Source: an uncultured beta proteobacterium (GTDB taxonomy: Bacteria; Pseudomonadota; Gammaproteobacteria; Burkholderiales; Burkholderiaceae_C). Taken from it: a stretch of DNA of 64,000 nucleotides. Each line of letters starts with the position of its first letter. The stretch's first letter is position 1. Positions 19,323-30,254 of this stretch are shown one piece after another. The notes under the pieces are model-generated. The model was given only the letters and a program-made list of their open reading frames with translations, searched no databases and was not told where the DNA came from. Location of the stretch: positions 31,807-95,806 of the forward strand of contig CAVTAM010000002.1 in NCBI GenBank assembly GCA_963732625.1, in the 5' to 3' direction. The translations under genes were made by a program, and so were the position numbers.

Positions 19323-20825
19323 CAGCACACCACGCTCGAGCAGGCGTTCGACCAGCTCGACCTTGCTGCCCAGCGGGTAGTGGCGCCAGATCTCCTGCTT
19401 CATCGCCGCCGGCGAGCCGCCGCCGTGCAGGCTGATCAGCGAGTACCAGCCGCCCTGGTACGACGCCGTCAGGTCTTCGATGAAGCGCGCGACTTCGATG
19501 CGCTTGTCGTACGGCACGTTCGGGTTGGCGCGCAGCACCTCGGCCAGCGTCGCCGCGGTGGCCGGGTTGTGGTCTTCGTCGGGGCCGGGCAGGGCCACGA
19601 TCAAACCGCCCGAGACCTCGTGCGCCAGGCGGTGCATGTCGTAGATCTGCGTGGCCAACAGCAGCTTGCCGATGTTGGCGAACACCGGCTCGGGCATGAA
19701 GTTGCCGGCATGCGCATCGGCCGTGGCATAAACGCTCGCCGCCACGCCACAAGCGTAGAAGCCCTCGACGATCTTGATCAGCTCGACCATCGGCTCGCGC
19801 AGGTTGCTCTTGTCGCCGGGGTCGAAGCCGTTGGCCTCGCACATCAACGCGCCGGCGCCGATCAGCAGGTCGCCGAAGCCGGCGCGCGCGGCGATGCAAC
19901 TGTGGCGGTGGTGCGTGGCGTAGCTGTAGGTCAGGGTGCTGCTGTGCTCCCAGTCACCGGCATAGAACACGCGCTCCCACGGCACCGCCACGCGGTCGAA
20001 GATCAGCACCGCTGTGCACTGGCCGTACTTGCGCGAGAACAGGGCACTGCCATGTTCCAACTTGTCGCCCGGCCGGCCCGCCGGGCGCGAGACCATCGTC
20101 AGGCCCGGCGCATCGACCGGCAGCGCGCAGCAGACCGCGAAGTCGGCGTCTTCCGCGCCCATGTTGCGGCTCGGCATGACGAGGATCTCGTGCATGTACG
20201 GCGCGCCGGTGACGATCGCCTTGGTGCCCGAGATGACGATGCCGCGGGCGTTGCGCTCGACCACATGCACGTAGGTGTCCGGCACGGCCTGCTGGTGCGG
20301 CTTCTTGCTGCGGTCGCCCTTGGCGTCGGTCATGGCGATGCCGAGCGTCAGGTCGTCGTCCTGCATGCGCGCAAGAAAGGCGTCGAAGCGCGCGCGGTGT
20401 TCGCTGCCGCCGCGGGCGTCGTCGATGCGCGCCGTGACCTGCGCCAGCGCATTGAGCGCGTCGTGCGCCAGGTAGCGCTGCGCGCAGCCGGTTTCCTGGC
20501 ACAGCAGGCGCACCGCTTCGAGCTTGTTGAGCAGGTCGCCCGCCGACTCGTTGACATGCAGCATGCGGTTGACGCTGCGGCCGCGGCGGGCCTGCGTCGC
20601 CAGCGCGATCGGTGCATGACGGGCGTCGCGCGCGAAGTCGTAGGTGTAGGCCAGCGCGTTGACGCCGGGTGCGAGCGCCGGCGCGTCGGCCACCGACTCG
20701 ATGCGCTGTCCGTCCACATAGACCGTCGGCTTGAAGCGGCGCAGCGACTCGCGGTAGTCGGCGCCGGACATCAGCGTGGCCGGCGTGGCGGTGGCAGTGG
20801 CGGTGGTGGGCAGTGCGGCATTCAT
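19323..20825 (-). CDS. 4-hydroxybutyryl-CoA dehydratase / HpaB-family flavoenzyme; 3' boundary unresolved
   Basis: Upper part of ORF 18120..20897, from MNAALP (alternative Met at 20771, MSGADYRESLRRFKPTVYVDGQRI). About 485 aa of family-like sequence run up to ...HGGGSPAAMKQEIWRHYPLGSKVELVERLLERGVL at 19323. There is no in-frame stop until 18120 (antisense of acuI), so a stop was probably lost to an indel or substitution near 19230-19320. Confidence 0.7.
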
Positions 20826-20871
20826 GCCCGCATTGAAGCACCACCGCGGCACGAAGGCTACATTTCCGCCC

Positions 20872-21420
20872 ATGCCCGCCGACCTGATTTCGCCCACCCG
20901 CTGCGTGCTGGTGCTGGTGGACTACCAGCAGCGCCTGATGCCGCTCATCGACCGCGGCGAACAGGCCGTGGCACACGCACTGCGGCTGGCCGATGCGGCG
21001 CGCGGGCTGGGCATCACCGTCATCGGCACCGAGCAGAACCCGGCCGGGCTCGGGCCCAACCTCGAGGCGATCCGTCAGCGCTGCGCAAGCACGATCGTGA
21101 AAATGCACTTCGATGCCTGCGAGGACGGGCTGCTCGATCCGATCGCGGATCATGACCAGGTGGTGATCGCCGGCTGCGAAGCGCATGTCTGCCTGATGCA
21201 GACCGCCCTGGGCCTGTTGCGCAGCGGGCGCCGCGTCTGGGTGGTCGCGCCGGCGTGCGGCTCGCGCTCGGCGACAGATCAGGCACTGGCGATGCAGCGC
21301 CTGCAGACGGCGGGTGCGACGCTCGTCAGCAGCGAGATGGTGGTGTTCGAATGGTTGCGCAGTTGCCGCCACGAGCGGTTCAAGACGGTGCTGCCGCTGC
21401 TGAAAACCCGGATCGATTGA
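20872..21420 (+). CDS. Isochorismatase-family hydrolase
   Basis: In frame in ORF 20776..21420. Start at MPADLISPTRCVLVLVDYQ. Catalytic-type pattern VVIAGCEAHVCLMQTA. Confidence 0.8.
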   Translation: MPADLISPTRCVLVLVDYQQRLMPLIDRGEQAVAHALRLADAARGLGITVIGTEQNPAGLGPNLEAIRQRCASTIVKMHFDACEDGLLDPIADHDQVVIAGCEAHVCLMQTALGLLRSGRRVWVVAPACGSRSATDQALAMQRLQTAGATLVSSEMVVFEWLRSCRHERFKTVLPLLKTRID

Positions 21421-21432
21421 GGAGACATCTTG

Positions 21433-23313
21433 ATGAACTACGCCGACTTCTACCGCCGCTCGATCGAGCAACCCGAGGCCTTCTGGGCCGAGCAGGCCCA
21501 ACTGATCGACTGGCAGCGCCCGTTCACCAAAGTCTGCGACTACAGCAAGCCGCCGTTCGCGAACTGGTTCGTCGGCGGGCAGACCAACCTGTGCCACAAC
21601 GCGGTGGATCGGCATGCGGCCACGCACCCGGACCGCAACGCGCTGATCTGGGTGTCGACGGAAGTCGATCAAGAAAAGATCTACACCTTCGCGCAATTGC
21701 AGCGCGAGGTCGAGTGCATGGCATCCATGCTGCTCGCCCTGGGCGTCAAGCAGGGCGACCGCGTGCTGCTCTACATGCCGATGATCCCCGAGGCCGCGTT
21801 TGCGATGCTGGCCTGCGCGCGCATCGGCGCCATCCACTCGGTGGTCTTCGGCGGCTTTGCGAGCCACAGCCTGGCCAGCCGCATCGAGGACGCGCAGCCC
21901 GTCGTCGTCGTCAGTGCCGATGCCGGCTCGCGCGCCGGCAAGGTGGTGCCGTACAAGGGCCTGCTCGACGAGGCGCTTCGCTTGTCGTCGCACAAACCAG
22001 GCAAGGTGCTGCTGGTCGATCGCGGCCTGGCGCCGATGCCGCGCACCGCCGACCGCGACGTCGAGTACACGCTGCTGCGCGAACAGCACAAGGACGCCAG
22101 GGTGCCGTGCGCCTGGCTCGACGCCACGCACCCGAGCTACACGCTCTACACCAGCGGCACGACAGGCACGCCCAAGGGCGTGCAGCGCGACACCGGCGGC
22201 TACGCGGTGGCGTTGGCGGCGAGCATGAAGCACATCTTTCTCGGCCAGCCGGGCGAGACGTACTTCAGCACCAGCGACATCGGCTGGGTCGTCGGCCACT
22301 CGTACATCGTCTATGGGCCGCTGATCGCCGGCATGGCGACGATCATGTACGAAGGTTTGCCGATCCGCCCCGACGCCGGCGTCTGGTGGCAACTGGTCGA
22401 GCGCTTCAAGGTGACGTCGATGTTCTCGGCGCCGACCGCCGTTCGCGTGTTGAAGAAGCACGACCCGGCGTTTCTGAAAAAGTACGACCTGTCATCGCTG
22501 CGCGCGCTGTTCCTCGCCGGCGAGCCGCTCGACGAGACGACCGCGCAGTGGATCGCCGACGGCCTGGGCCGGCCGATCATCGACAACTACTGGCAGACCG
22601 AGACCGGCTGGCCGATCTTGAGCCTGTGCAACGGCGTCGAAAAGGCGCACAGCAAGTTCGGCTCGCCGGGCAAAGCGGTCTATGGCTACGACGTGAAACT
22701 GCTCGACGAAAACACCGGCGAGGAGTTGAAGGGCGCGAACCAGAAAGGCGTGGTCGTGATCGAAGGCCCGCTGCCGCCGGGCTGCATGCAGACCGTGTGG
22801 CGCGACGACGCGCGCTTCGTCAGCACCTACTGGAAGAGCATTCCGGGCAAGCAGGTGTACTCGACGTTCGACTGGGGCATCCGCGACGAAGACGGCTACT
22901 TCTTCATCCTCGGCCGCACCGACGACGTCATCAACGTCGCCGGGCATCGGCTGGGCACGCGCGAGATCGAGGAGAGCATTTCGTCGCATCCGAACGTGGC
23001 CGAGGTGGCGGTGGTCGGCGTCGCCGATCAGTTGAAGGGCCAGGTGGCGATGGCCTTCGTGGTGCTGAAGTCACCGACCGACGAGCCGCTGAAGTTGGAA
23101 GGCGAGATCATGAAAGTGGTCGATGGGCAGCTCGGCGCCGTCGCGCGGCCGAGCCGCGTGCGCTTCGTCACCGTGCTGCCGAAGACGCGCTCGGGCAAGC
23201 TCTTGCGCCGCGCCATCCAGGCCGTGTGCGAAGGGCGTGATCCGGGCGACCTGACGACGATCGAAGATCCGTCGGCGCTGCAGCAGGTCAAGGATCTCGT
23301 CGCCGCGGGCTGA
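21433..23313 (+). CDS. prpE: Propionate--CoA ligase (acetyl/propionyl-CoA synthetase family)
   Basis: ORF 21430..23313. GGAGA Shine-Dalgarno 6 nt before the ATG at 21433. MNYADFYRRSIEQPEAFWAEQAQLIDW...TNLCHNAVDRH, YTSGTTGTPKGV, and C-terminal LPKTRSGKLLRR. Confidence 0.85.
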   Translation: MNYADFYRRSIEQPEAFWAEQAQLIDWQRPFTKVCDYSKPPFANWFVGGQTNLCHNAVDRHAATHPDRNALIWVSTEVDQEKIYTFAQLQREVECMASMLLALGVKQGDRVLLYMPMIPEAAFAMLACARIGAIHSVVFGGFASHSLASRIEDAQPVVVVSADAGSRAGKVVPYKGLLDEALRLSSHKPGKVLLVDRGLAPMPRTADRDVEYTLLREQHKDARVPCAWLDATHPSYTLYTSGTTGTPKGVQRDTGGYAVALAASMKHIFLGQPGETYFSTSDIGWVVGHSYIVYGPLIAGMATIMYEGLPIRPDAGVWWQLVERFKVTSMFSAPTAVRVLKKHDPAFLKKYDLSSLRALFLAGEPLDETTAQWIADGLGRPIIDNYWQTETGWPILSLCNGVEKAHSKFGSPGKAVYGYDVKLLDENTGEELKGANQKGVVVIEGPLPPGCMQTVWRDDARFVSTYWKSIPGKQVYSTFDWGIRDEDGYFFILGRTDDVINVAGHRLGTREIEESISSHPNVAEVAVVGVADQLKGQVAMAFVVLKSPTDEPLKLEGEIMKVVDGQLGAVARPSRVRFVTVLPKTRSGKLLRRAIQAVCEGRDPGDLTTIEDPSALQQVKDLVAAG

Positions 23314-23363
23314 TCCGCCCGCGCGGGCACAATCGCCGCCTCGTCAAGCCACCTCGAGGCGAC

Positions 23364-25331
23364 ATGCGCACCCGCATCATCTTCCTGACCCTCGCCCTGG
23401 CCGCCACGAGCGGCTCTGCGGCGGCTTCCCCTTTGCCAGGCCCGGCGTTTGCGCAGTACGCCGACGCCGCCGCGCTCGAAGCGGCATGCACGAAGAACCT
23501 GGCCACCGTGCAGTCTGCCGTGCGCAAGCTCGAAGCGCAGAAACCCGGCCCGCGCTGGCTCGCCGCCTACGACGACATCAACGCGCTGGCTGAAGATCTG
23601 GCCGGGCCGATCTACCTGCTCTCCAACGTGCACCCGGACAAGCCGATGCGCGACGCCAGCGAGGCCTGCGAGCTGCGCTGGCAGGACTTCTTCTCCACGC
23701 TCGGCCAGAACGAAAAGCTCTACAAGGCAGTCAGGCAACTGAAGCCCCGTGACGCGATCGACCGCGAGCTGGTGAAGAACACGCAGGAAGGCTTCGAGGA
23801 CGCCGGTGTCAGCTTGCCGCCCGAGCAGCGCCAACGCGCCAAAGCGATTCAGGACCGCATCACCGAACTCAGCCAGAGCTTCGACAAGAACGTGCGCGAA
23901 GCCGGCATCCAGGTGGCTTTCACCGAATCCGAGTTGAAGGGCGTGCCCGAGGGCGTGTGGAAGAACGCCCAGCGCGACGCCGAAGGCCGCGTGCTGCTCG
24001 GCCTCGACTACCCGACGTACGGCCCGGTGATGGACCAGGCGCAGAGCGGCGCCGCGCGCGAGCGCCTGTGGCGCGCCAAGCAGACCGAGGGTGGCCAGGT
24101 CAACTTGAAGCTGCTCGCCGAGATCGCCAAGCTGCGCCTCGAATACGCACGACTCTTCGGCTTCAACAGCTTTGCCGACTTCACGCTGCGCCGTCGCATG
24201 GCCGAGAGCACCGACAAGGCCAAGCGCTTTCTCGAAGACGTTCGCCTGGCGGTGACCGAGCGCGAGAAGCGCGAGCTCGACGAGTTGCGCGAGGCCAAGG
24301 CCAAGGACCTCGGCAAGCCGGTGGCCGATGTGAAGCTCGAACGCTGGGACGTCGGCTACTACAGCGAGCGCACGAAGCGCGAGCGCTACAGCGTCGATCA
24401 GGACGCCTTGCGCCCCTACTTCCCGCCGCAGGAGAGCCTGGCGCTCGTCATGCGCATCATCGAAAAGACGATGGGCGTGAAGTACACGCGCGTGCCCGGC
24501 GTGAAACTCTGGCACCCGGATGCACAGGCCTTCGTTGCCAGCGACGTGAAGAGCGGCAAGGCGCTGGCCACGCTGTACATCGACGCGTATCCGCGCGAGG
24601 GCAAGTACAACCATGCGGCGGTGTGGCCGATCCGCAGCGCCTCGACGCGGCTGAGACGCGCGCCGCAAGCCGCGCTCGTCGTCAACATCGACCGCAAGGG
24701 CCTGAACCTCGACGAGATGAACACGCTGCTGCACGAGTTCGGCCACGCGGTGCACAACAACCTCGGCGCCACGCGCTACTCGTCGGGCAACGTGCTGCGC
24801 GACTTTGTCGAAGCGCCTTCGCAGATGCTCGAAGAGTGGATCTACGAGCCGCGCGTGATGGCGTTGATGCGGGACGTCTGCGCCACGTGCAAGCTGGTGC
24901 CCGGCGAGTTGCTCGCCAAGGCCAAGGTGGCCGAGCGCTACGGCAAGGGCGTGCGCTACGCACGCCAGCAGTTCTATGCCAGCTTCGACCTGGCGCTGCA
25001 TGGCGCCGATGCGCCCGAGCCGATGGCGCTGTGGTCGAAGATGGAAGAAGCCACCGTGCTCGGCCATGTGCCGGGCACGCTCGGCCCGGCCGGCTTTGGC
25101 CATGTCGCCAGCGGCTACGCCGCCGGCTACTACGGCTACCTGTGGAGCGAAGTCGTCGCCGCCGATCTGCGCACCGCTTTCGGCAACGACAAGCTCGATG
25201 CCAAGGTGGGCCGGCGCTACCGCGACACCGTGCTCGCCAACGGCGCGCAGCTGCCGCCGCAGCAACTGGTGCGCGCGTTCCTCGGCCGCGACAGCAACTC
25301 GAAGGCGTTCTTCGAGGAGTTGAAGCGCTAG
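23364..25331 (+). CDS. Secreted M3-family zinc metallopeptidase (oligopeptidase/dipeptidyl carboxypeptidase-like)
   Basis: ORF 23364..25331. Signal peptide MRTRIIFLTLALAATSGSAAAS and HEFGHAVH zinc motif. Confidence 0.85.
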   Translation: MRTRIIFLTLALAATSGSAAASPLPGPAFAQYADAAALEAACTKNLATVQSAVRKLEAQKPGPRWLAAYDDINALAEDLAGPIYLLSNVHPDKPMRDASEACELRWQDFFSTLGQNEKLYKAVRQLKPRDAIDRELVKNTQEGFEDAGVSLPPEQRQRAKAIQDRITELSQSFDKNVREAGIQVAFTESELKGVPEGVWKNAQRDAEGRVLLGLDYPTYGPVMDQAQSGAARERLWRAKQTEGGQVNLKLLAEIAKLRLEYARLFGFNSFADFTLRRRMAESTDKAKRFLEDVRLAVTEREKRELDELREAKAKDLGKPVADVKLERWDVGYYSERTKRERYSVDQDALRPYFPPQESLALVMRIIEKTMGVKYTRVPGVKLWHPDAQAFVASDVKSGKALATLYIDAYPREGKYNHAAVWPIRSASTRLRRAPQAALVVNIDRKGLNLDEMNTLLHEFGHAVHNNLGATRYSSGNVLRDFVEAPSQMLEEWIYEPRVMALMRDVCATCKLVPGELLAKAKVAERYGKGVRYARQQFYASFDLALHGADAPEPMALWSKMEEATVLGHVPGTLGPAGFGHVASGYAAGYYGYLWSEVVAADLRTAFGNDKLDAKVGRRYRDTVLANGAQLPPQQLVRAFLGRDSNSKAFFEELKR

Positions 25332-25340
25332 TCCACCGAG

Positions 25341-26378
25341 TCAGTCGAAACTGAGCAGCACCTTCATCGACTGCGTGCGGTCGGCCGCGAGCGCGAAGGC
25401 GCGGCCGGCGTCGCGGTAGGGCAGCGTCGCCGACACCAGCGGCTTCAAATCGACCAGGCCCTGGTTGATCAGCGCCACGGCCACCGCGAACTCCTCGTGG
25501 AAGCGGAAGGCGCCGCGAATGTCGAACTCCTTGCCGACCACGGTGTTGAACGGCAGCGTGAGTTCGCTGCCCGACAGCCCGAGCTGCACGATGATGCCGC
25601 GCGGGCGCACCACGTCGAAGGCCGCACGCAGTGCGCGCTCGTTGCCGCTGCACTCGAACAGCACGTCGAACTGGCCTTTGTCGGCGGCGTAGCGCGACAG
25701 CGCGGCCGCGTCTTCAGCGACGTTGATCGTCTCATCGGCGCCGATCTTTTCCACCTTGCGCAGCGGCTGCGACACGACATCGGTGGCGACGATGTGCGTC
25801 GCGCCGGCACGGCGCGCGGCGATGATCGTCATCGCGCCGATCGGTCCGCAGCCGGTGACGAGCACCTTGCGCCCGAGCAGCGGCCCGGCGCGGTTGACCG
25901 CGTGCAGCGCAACGGCCAGCGGCTCGGCCATCGCGCCTTCGGCGTCGCTGACGCCATCCGCCAGTTTGTGCGCCTGATGCGTTTCGATGACGAGCTCCTT
26001 GCGGAACGCGCCCTGCACGTGCGGCATGCGCATCGCGCTGCCGAAGTAGCGCATGTCCAGGCAGTGGTTCTGCAGGCCGAGCTGGCAGAAGCGGCAGACG
26101 CTGCACGGCCGGCTCGGGCTGACGGCGATGCGCTCGCCGACCGCGAAGCCCGCCACACCGGCGCCGACCTCTTCGACCACTCCCGACACCTCGTGGCCCA
26201 GCACCATCGGCTCCTTGATGCGGATCGTGCCGAAGCCGCCATGCTGGAAGTAGTGCAGGTCCGAGCCGCAGATGCCGCCGGTGCGCACGCGGATGCGCAT
26301 CTGGCCGGCGCCGACCTCGGGCGTGGCAACGTCTTCGACGCGAAGGTCGCCGGCGGCGTGAATGACGAGTGCGTCCAT
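25341..26378 (-). CDS. Zn-dependent alcohol/polyol dehydrogenase (L-idonate 5-dehydrogenase-like)
   Basis: ORF 25341..26378. GICGSDLHYFQHGGFG, GHEVSGVV, and the structural-Zn Cys cluster CSVCRFCQLGLQNHC. Confidence 0.8.
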   Translation of the reverse strand: MDALVIHAAGDLRVEDVATPEVGAGQMRIRVRTGGICGSDLHYFQHGGFGTIRIKEPMVLGHEVSGVVEEVGAGVAGFAVGERIAVSPSRPCSVCRFCQLGLQNHCLDMRYFGSAMRMPHVQGAFRKELVIETHQAHKLADGVSDAEGAMAEPLAVALHAVNRAGPLLGRKVLVTGCGPIGAMTIIAARRAGATHIVATDVVSQPLRKVEKIGADETINVAEDAAALSRYAADKGQFDVLFECSGNERALRAAFDVVRPRGIIVQLGLSGSELTLPFNTVVGKEFDIRGAFRFHEEFAVAVALINQGLVDLKPLVSATLPYRDAGRAFALAADRTQSMKVLLSFD

Positions 26379-26405
26379 GAAATCAGTCCGTGTGAGTGAG
26401 AAGGA

Positions 26406-27687
26406 TCAGCCGGTCAGGAACTTCAGCGGCACCATGACGATGGCCGGAAACGCGATCAGCAGCCCGAGCACGACGAGTTGCGACAGCAGGAACGGCCACA
26501 CGCCTTTGATCACGTCGTGCATCGGCACACGGCCGACGCCGCAGACGACGTTCAACACCGTGCCCACCGGCGGCGTCAGCAGGCCGATGGCGTTGTTGAT
26601 GATGAAGAGCACGCCGAAGTACACCGGGTCGATGCCGGCCTGGCGCACCAGCGGCATCAGCACGGGGGTGAGGATCAACACCGTCGGCGCGAAGTCGAGC
26701 GCGGTGCCGACCACCACGACGAGCAGCATCAGCATCACCATCAACAGCGTCTTGTTGTCGATGAAGGGCGCCATCAGCGTGGCGATCTGGTTCGGGATGT
26801 TGGCCACGGTGATCAGCCAGGCCGAGACCAGCGCCGCGGCGACGAGGAACATCACGATCGCCGAGGTCTTGCCGGCGGCCAGCACGATCGCGTAGAGCTG
26901 GTGGACCTTGATCTCGCGGTAGATGAACAGGCCGACGAGCAGCGAGTACACGACGGCCACGACTGCCGCCTCGGTCGGCGTGAAGATGCCGGCCTTCATG
27001 CCGCCGATGATCGTGAAGGCGAGCAGGTAGCTCCAGAACGCATCGGCCGTGACGCGCAGGCGCTCGCGCATCGGCACCTTGGGTGCGACCTCGACCTTGT
27101 CGTTGTGGGCGACGAGCCACCAGGTGACGATCAGCGCCGCGCCCATCATCAGGCCGGGCACGATGCCGGCCATGAACAGCTTGCTGATGGAAACGCCGCC
27201 GATCACGCCGAAGAGGATGAAGCCGATCGACGGCGGGATCACCGGCGCGATGATGCCGCCGGCGGCGATCGAGGCCCGCCGAGCGGTCCATGCGGTAGCC
27301 GGCCTTGCGCATCATCGGCATCAGCACGGCGGCGAGCGCGGCGGTGTCGGCGACCGCCGAGCCCGACAGGCTCGCCATCACGAGTGCCGCGAACACCGCG
27401 ACGTAGCCGAGGCCGCCGCGGAAGTGGCCGACCCAGACCATCGCCGAGTTGACGATGCGCCGGCTCATGCCGCCGGCGTTCATCAGCTCGCCGGCGAGCA
27501 TGAAGAAGGGCACCGCCATCAGCGGAAAGTTGTCGGCGCCGCTGATCAGGTTCTGCGACACGATCTGCGTGTCGAACTGGTCGAGGTGCAGCATCAGCGC
27601 GACGCCGCTGACGAGCAGCGAGAACGCGAGCGGCATGCCGAGCGCCATCGCGCCGAGCAGCGAGACGACAAAGACGAGGATCGTCAT
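26406..27687 (-). CDS. dctM: TRAP transporter large permease DctM (system 1). One 1-nt frame change near 27270.
   Basis: N-terminus in ORF 26383..27687 (MTILVFVVSLLGAMALGMPLAF...PFFMLAGELMNAGGMS). C-terminal two thirds in ORF 26406..27242 (IPPSIGFILFGV...VMVPLKFLTG). Confidence 0.85.
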
Positions 27688-28235
27688 TTCGGCGCCTGTT
27701 TCAGGTCGGCAGGCACATGCGCGAGCGCATCGTCTTCCGAATCATGGACTTGAATCAAGTCGCTGTCGGCGATGCGGCCCGTCGCGAGCTTGACCAGGTT
27801 GCCGAGGATGATGAGCCCCATCGCGCCGCTGGCGAGATAGCCGACGCCATACACCCAGATCATCGGCAGGCTGGTCACGGGCGACATCGTCGTTGCATTG
27901 ATCTGGTGCTGGCGCCAGGTGCCATAGAACATCAGGCAGCAGCAGCCGAACATCAACAGGTGCGACAGGCCGAAGCAGAAGCGCTTGCCGGCGCGCGGCA
28001 GCACGCGGATCAGCGTGTCCAGGCCCAGGTGCGCCTTCTCGCGCATGGCGATGATGGCGCCGAGGAACGTGATCCAGATGAAGAAGAACCGCGACAGCTC
28101 TTCCGAGAAGTCGAGGCCCGAGTTGAATCCGTAGCGCAGCACGACGTTGCCGAACACCATGACCACCATGGCGCTGAGCATCAGCACCAGCAGCGCCTCG
28201 GCGAGCCGGAAGAAGAGATCGTTGAGGGTCTTCAT
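27684..28235 (-). CDS. dctQ: TRAP transporter small permease DctQ (system 1)
   Basis: ORF 27684..28235. Four TM segments with EELSRFFFIWITFLGA. ATGA overlap with dctM. Confidence 0.85.
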   Translation of the reverse strand: MKTLNDLFFRLAEALLVLMLSAMVVMVFGNVVLRYGFNSGLDFSEELSRFFFIWITFLGAIIAMREKAHLGLDTLIRVLPRAGKRFCFGLSHLLMFGCCCLMFYGTWRQHQINATTMSPVTSLPMIWVYGVGYLASGAMGLIILGNLVKLATGRIADSDLIQVHDSEDDALAHVPADLKQAPK

Positions 28236-28259
28236 GCGGCTCGCCTGCTGATGCGCTGC

Positions 28260-29242
28260 TTACTTCGCGGCTTCGATGGCTTGCAGCAGCGCCGCGCCGT
28301 TCTTTTCGGCGAAGGCTTTGGCGATCGGCTCCGAGACGATTTTCTGGAACGGCGTCATGTCCACCGTTTCGACGATCTGCATGCCCGACTTCTTCAGCTC
28401 GGCCACGACCTTGGCGGCGTTGCCGGCGTTCAGCTCGCGCTGGTACTTCGCGGCGTCGCGCGCGGCCTGCGACGACGATGCCCTGCACGTCGGCCGGCAG
28501 GCTGTCGAACTTGGCCTTGTTCATCACCAGCATCAGCGGCGAATAGACATGGTTGCTGATCGTCAGGTGCTTCTGCACTTCGTAGAACTTGGAAGACCAG
28601 GTGACGTTGATCGGGTGCTCCTGCGCGTCGAAGGTGCCGGTCTCGAGCGCGGTGTAGAGCTCGGCGATCGCCATCGGCGACGGGTTCATGCCGAGCAGCT
28701 TGAAGGCCTGGATGTGATACGGATTGCCGGTGCGAGCGGATCTTCAGGCCCTTCACGTCCTCGGGCGTCTTGATCGGCCGCTTGTTGTTGGTGAAGGCGC
28801 GCCAGCCGTTCTCCCAGTAGGCCAGGCCCTTCAGGCCGTGCGGCGACAACTCGTTCAAGACGCCGGTGCCGACCGGGCCGTCGAGCACGGTGTAGGCATG
28901 CTGCGCGCTGCGGAAGACGAAGGGCAGCTCCATCGCCGCGGTGTTGGCGACGATGCCGTTGTAGTTGGACGCGCCGCTGGAGACGATGTCGATCGTGCCG
29001 CCGCGCACGCCGTTGATCATCGCCGCGTCGTTGCCGAGCTGGTTGGCCGGGAAGATCGTGATCTCGACGTCGCCCTTGGTGCGCTCCTTGACCAGCTCGG
29101 CCATCTTCACCGCGGCGGCGTGCTGGCCGTCGGTGGTGTTGACGGCGTGGCCGAGCTTCAAGTTGAACTTGGCGGCAAAGGCGGTGGGGGCCAGGCAGGC
29201 GAGGGCGGCTGCGGTGACCAGTAGGCGTCGGGAAAAGTTCAT
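28260..29242 (-). CDS. dctP: TRAP substrate-binding protein DctP (system 1). Two 1-nt frame changes (about 28470 and 28733).
   Basis: GGAG followed by the ATG at 29242. MNFSRRLLVTAAALACLAPTAFAAKFNLKLGH.... Continues in the frame of ORF 27742..28689 (NPYHIQAFKLLGMNPSPMAIAELYTALETGTFDAQEHP), then in a third frame to ...AIEAAK and the TAA at 28260. Confidence 0.8.
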
Positions 29243-29259
29243 CGTCTGTCTCCGTGGGT

Positions 29260-30240
29260 TCATGAAGTGGATGCGGGCTTGAGCACGTTGTGCAATGGCC
29301 GCCCTGTGGCCAGTCGTTCGATGTTGTCTGCCATCGTCTGCTGGCGCCTCAGCACTGTCCCTGATGTCCAGCCGGACATGTGCGGCGTCATGACAACGTT
29401 GTCGAGTGCGGCGAAGTCGAGCTTCGACGGTGCGCATTCGGGCTGATCGGCCGTCGGGTACTGGTACCAGGTGTCGATGACGGCGCCGCCGAGGCGCTTC
29501 GAACGCAGCGCTTCGTAGAGTGCCTGCTCGGCCACCACCGGCCCGCGGCCGACGTTGACGAGCCACGCCGACGGCCGCATCGCGTTCAGTGCGGCGGCAT
29601 CGACGATGCCTTGCGTCTCTCGCGTCAGCGGCAGCGTGACGACGACGACATCGCAGTCGGCGAGGAAGGCCTGCAGGTCCGACAGCGCATACGCGCGATC
29701 GACAAACTCGCTCGTCACCGCGCTGCGGTTGGCCGCGTGCACGCGCATGCCGAAGGCCTTGGCGCGCAAGGCGATGGCCTTGGCGATGTGGCCGAAGCCG
29801 AGCAGGCCGATCGTCTGGCTGCCAAGCTCGGTGCGCAGCGCGTTGGGTCGGCCGGCAAAGTAGGTCCACCGGCCGCGGCGCAGGTCGGTATCGGCCTGCA
29901 CCAACGGCACATGCCGCGTCAGCAACGCGGCGAAGACGTATTCGGCGATCGCGTCTTCGTGGCCGTGGCAGTTGCACAGCGCGCTCGATGCCGGCAGCAG
30001 CGACAGATCGATCGCGTCGGTGCCCGCGGCCGGTGCCTGGTACAGGCGAAGGTGCTGCGGCCGCGGCATCGTCGCATCGAGCTTGATGCCGACGATGACG
30101 TCGGCCGATGCGAAGTGCTCGGCCTCGCCTGGCGCCGACAGCGCATCGCTGACATCGACGATGGTGTGCGCCGGATCGATCAAACGATCGAAGCCGTCGC
30201 GGAAGTTGGTGGCGTTCTGGCCGTGGAAGAGGATTTTCAA
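29260..30240 (-). CDS. D-isomer-specific 2-hydroxyacid dehydrogenase (glyoxylate/hydroxypyruvate-reductase-like)
   Basis: Lower part of ORF 29260..30534. Probable TTG start giving MKILFHG. NAD-binding motif GLLGFGHIAKAIALRAKAFGMRV and catalytic-region motif NVGRGPVV...TPHMSG. Confidence 0.75.
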   Translation of the reverse strand: MKILFHGQNATNFRDGFDRLIDPAHTIVDVSDALSAPGEAEHFASADVIVGIKLDATMPRPQHLRLYQAPAAGTDAIDLSLLPASSALCNCHGHEDAIAEYVFAALLTRHVPLVQADTDLRRGRWTYFAGRPNALRTELGSQTIGLLGFGHIAKAIALRAKAFGMRVHAANRSAVTSEFVDRAYALSDLQAFLADCDVVVVTLPLTRETQGIVDAAALNAMRPSAWLVNVGRGPVVAEQALYEALRSKRLGGAVIDTWYQYPTADQPECAPSKLDFAALDNVVMTPHMSGWTSGTVLRRQQTMADNIERLATGRPLHNVLKPASTS

Positions 30241-30254
30241 GAGGGCCTCAGGTG

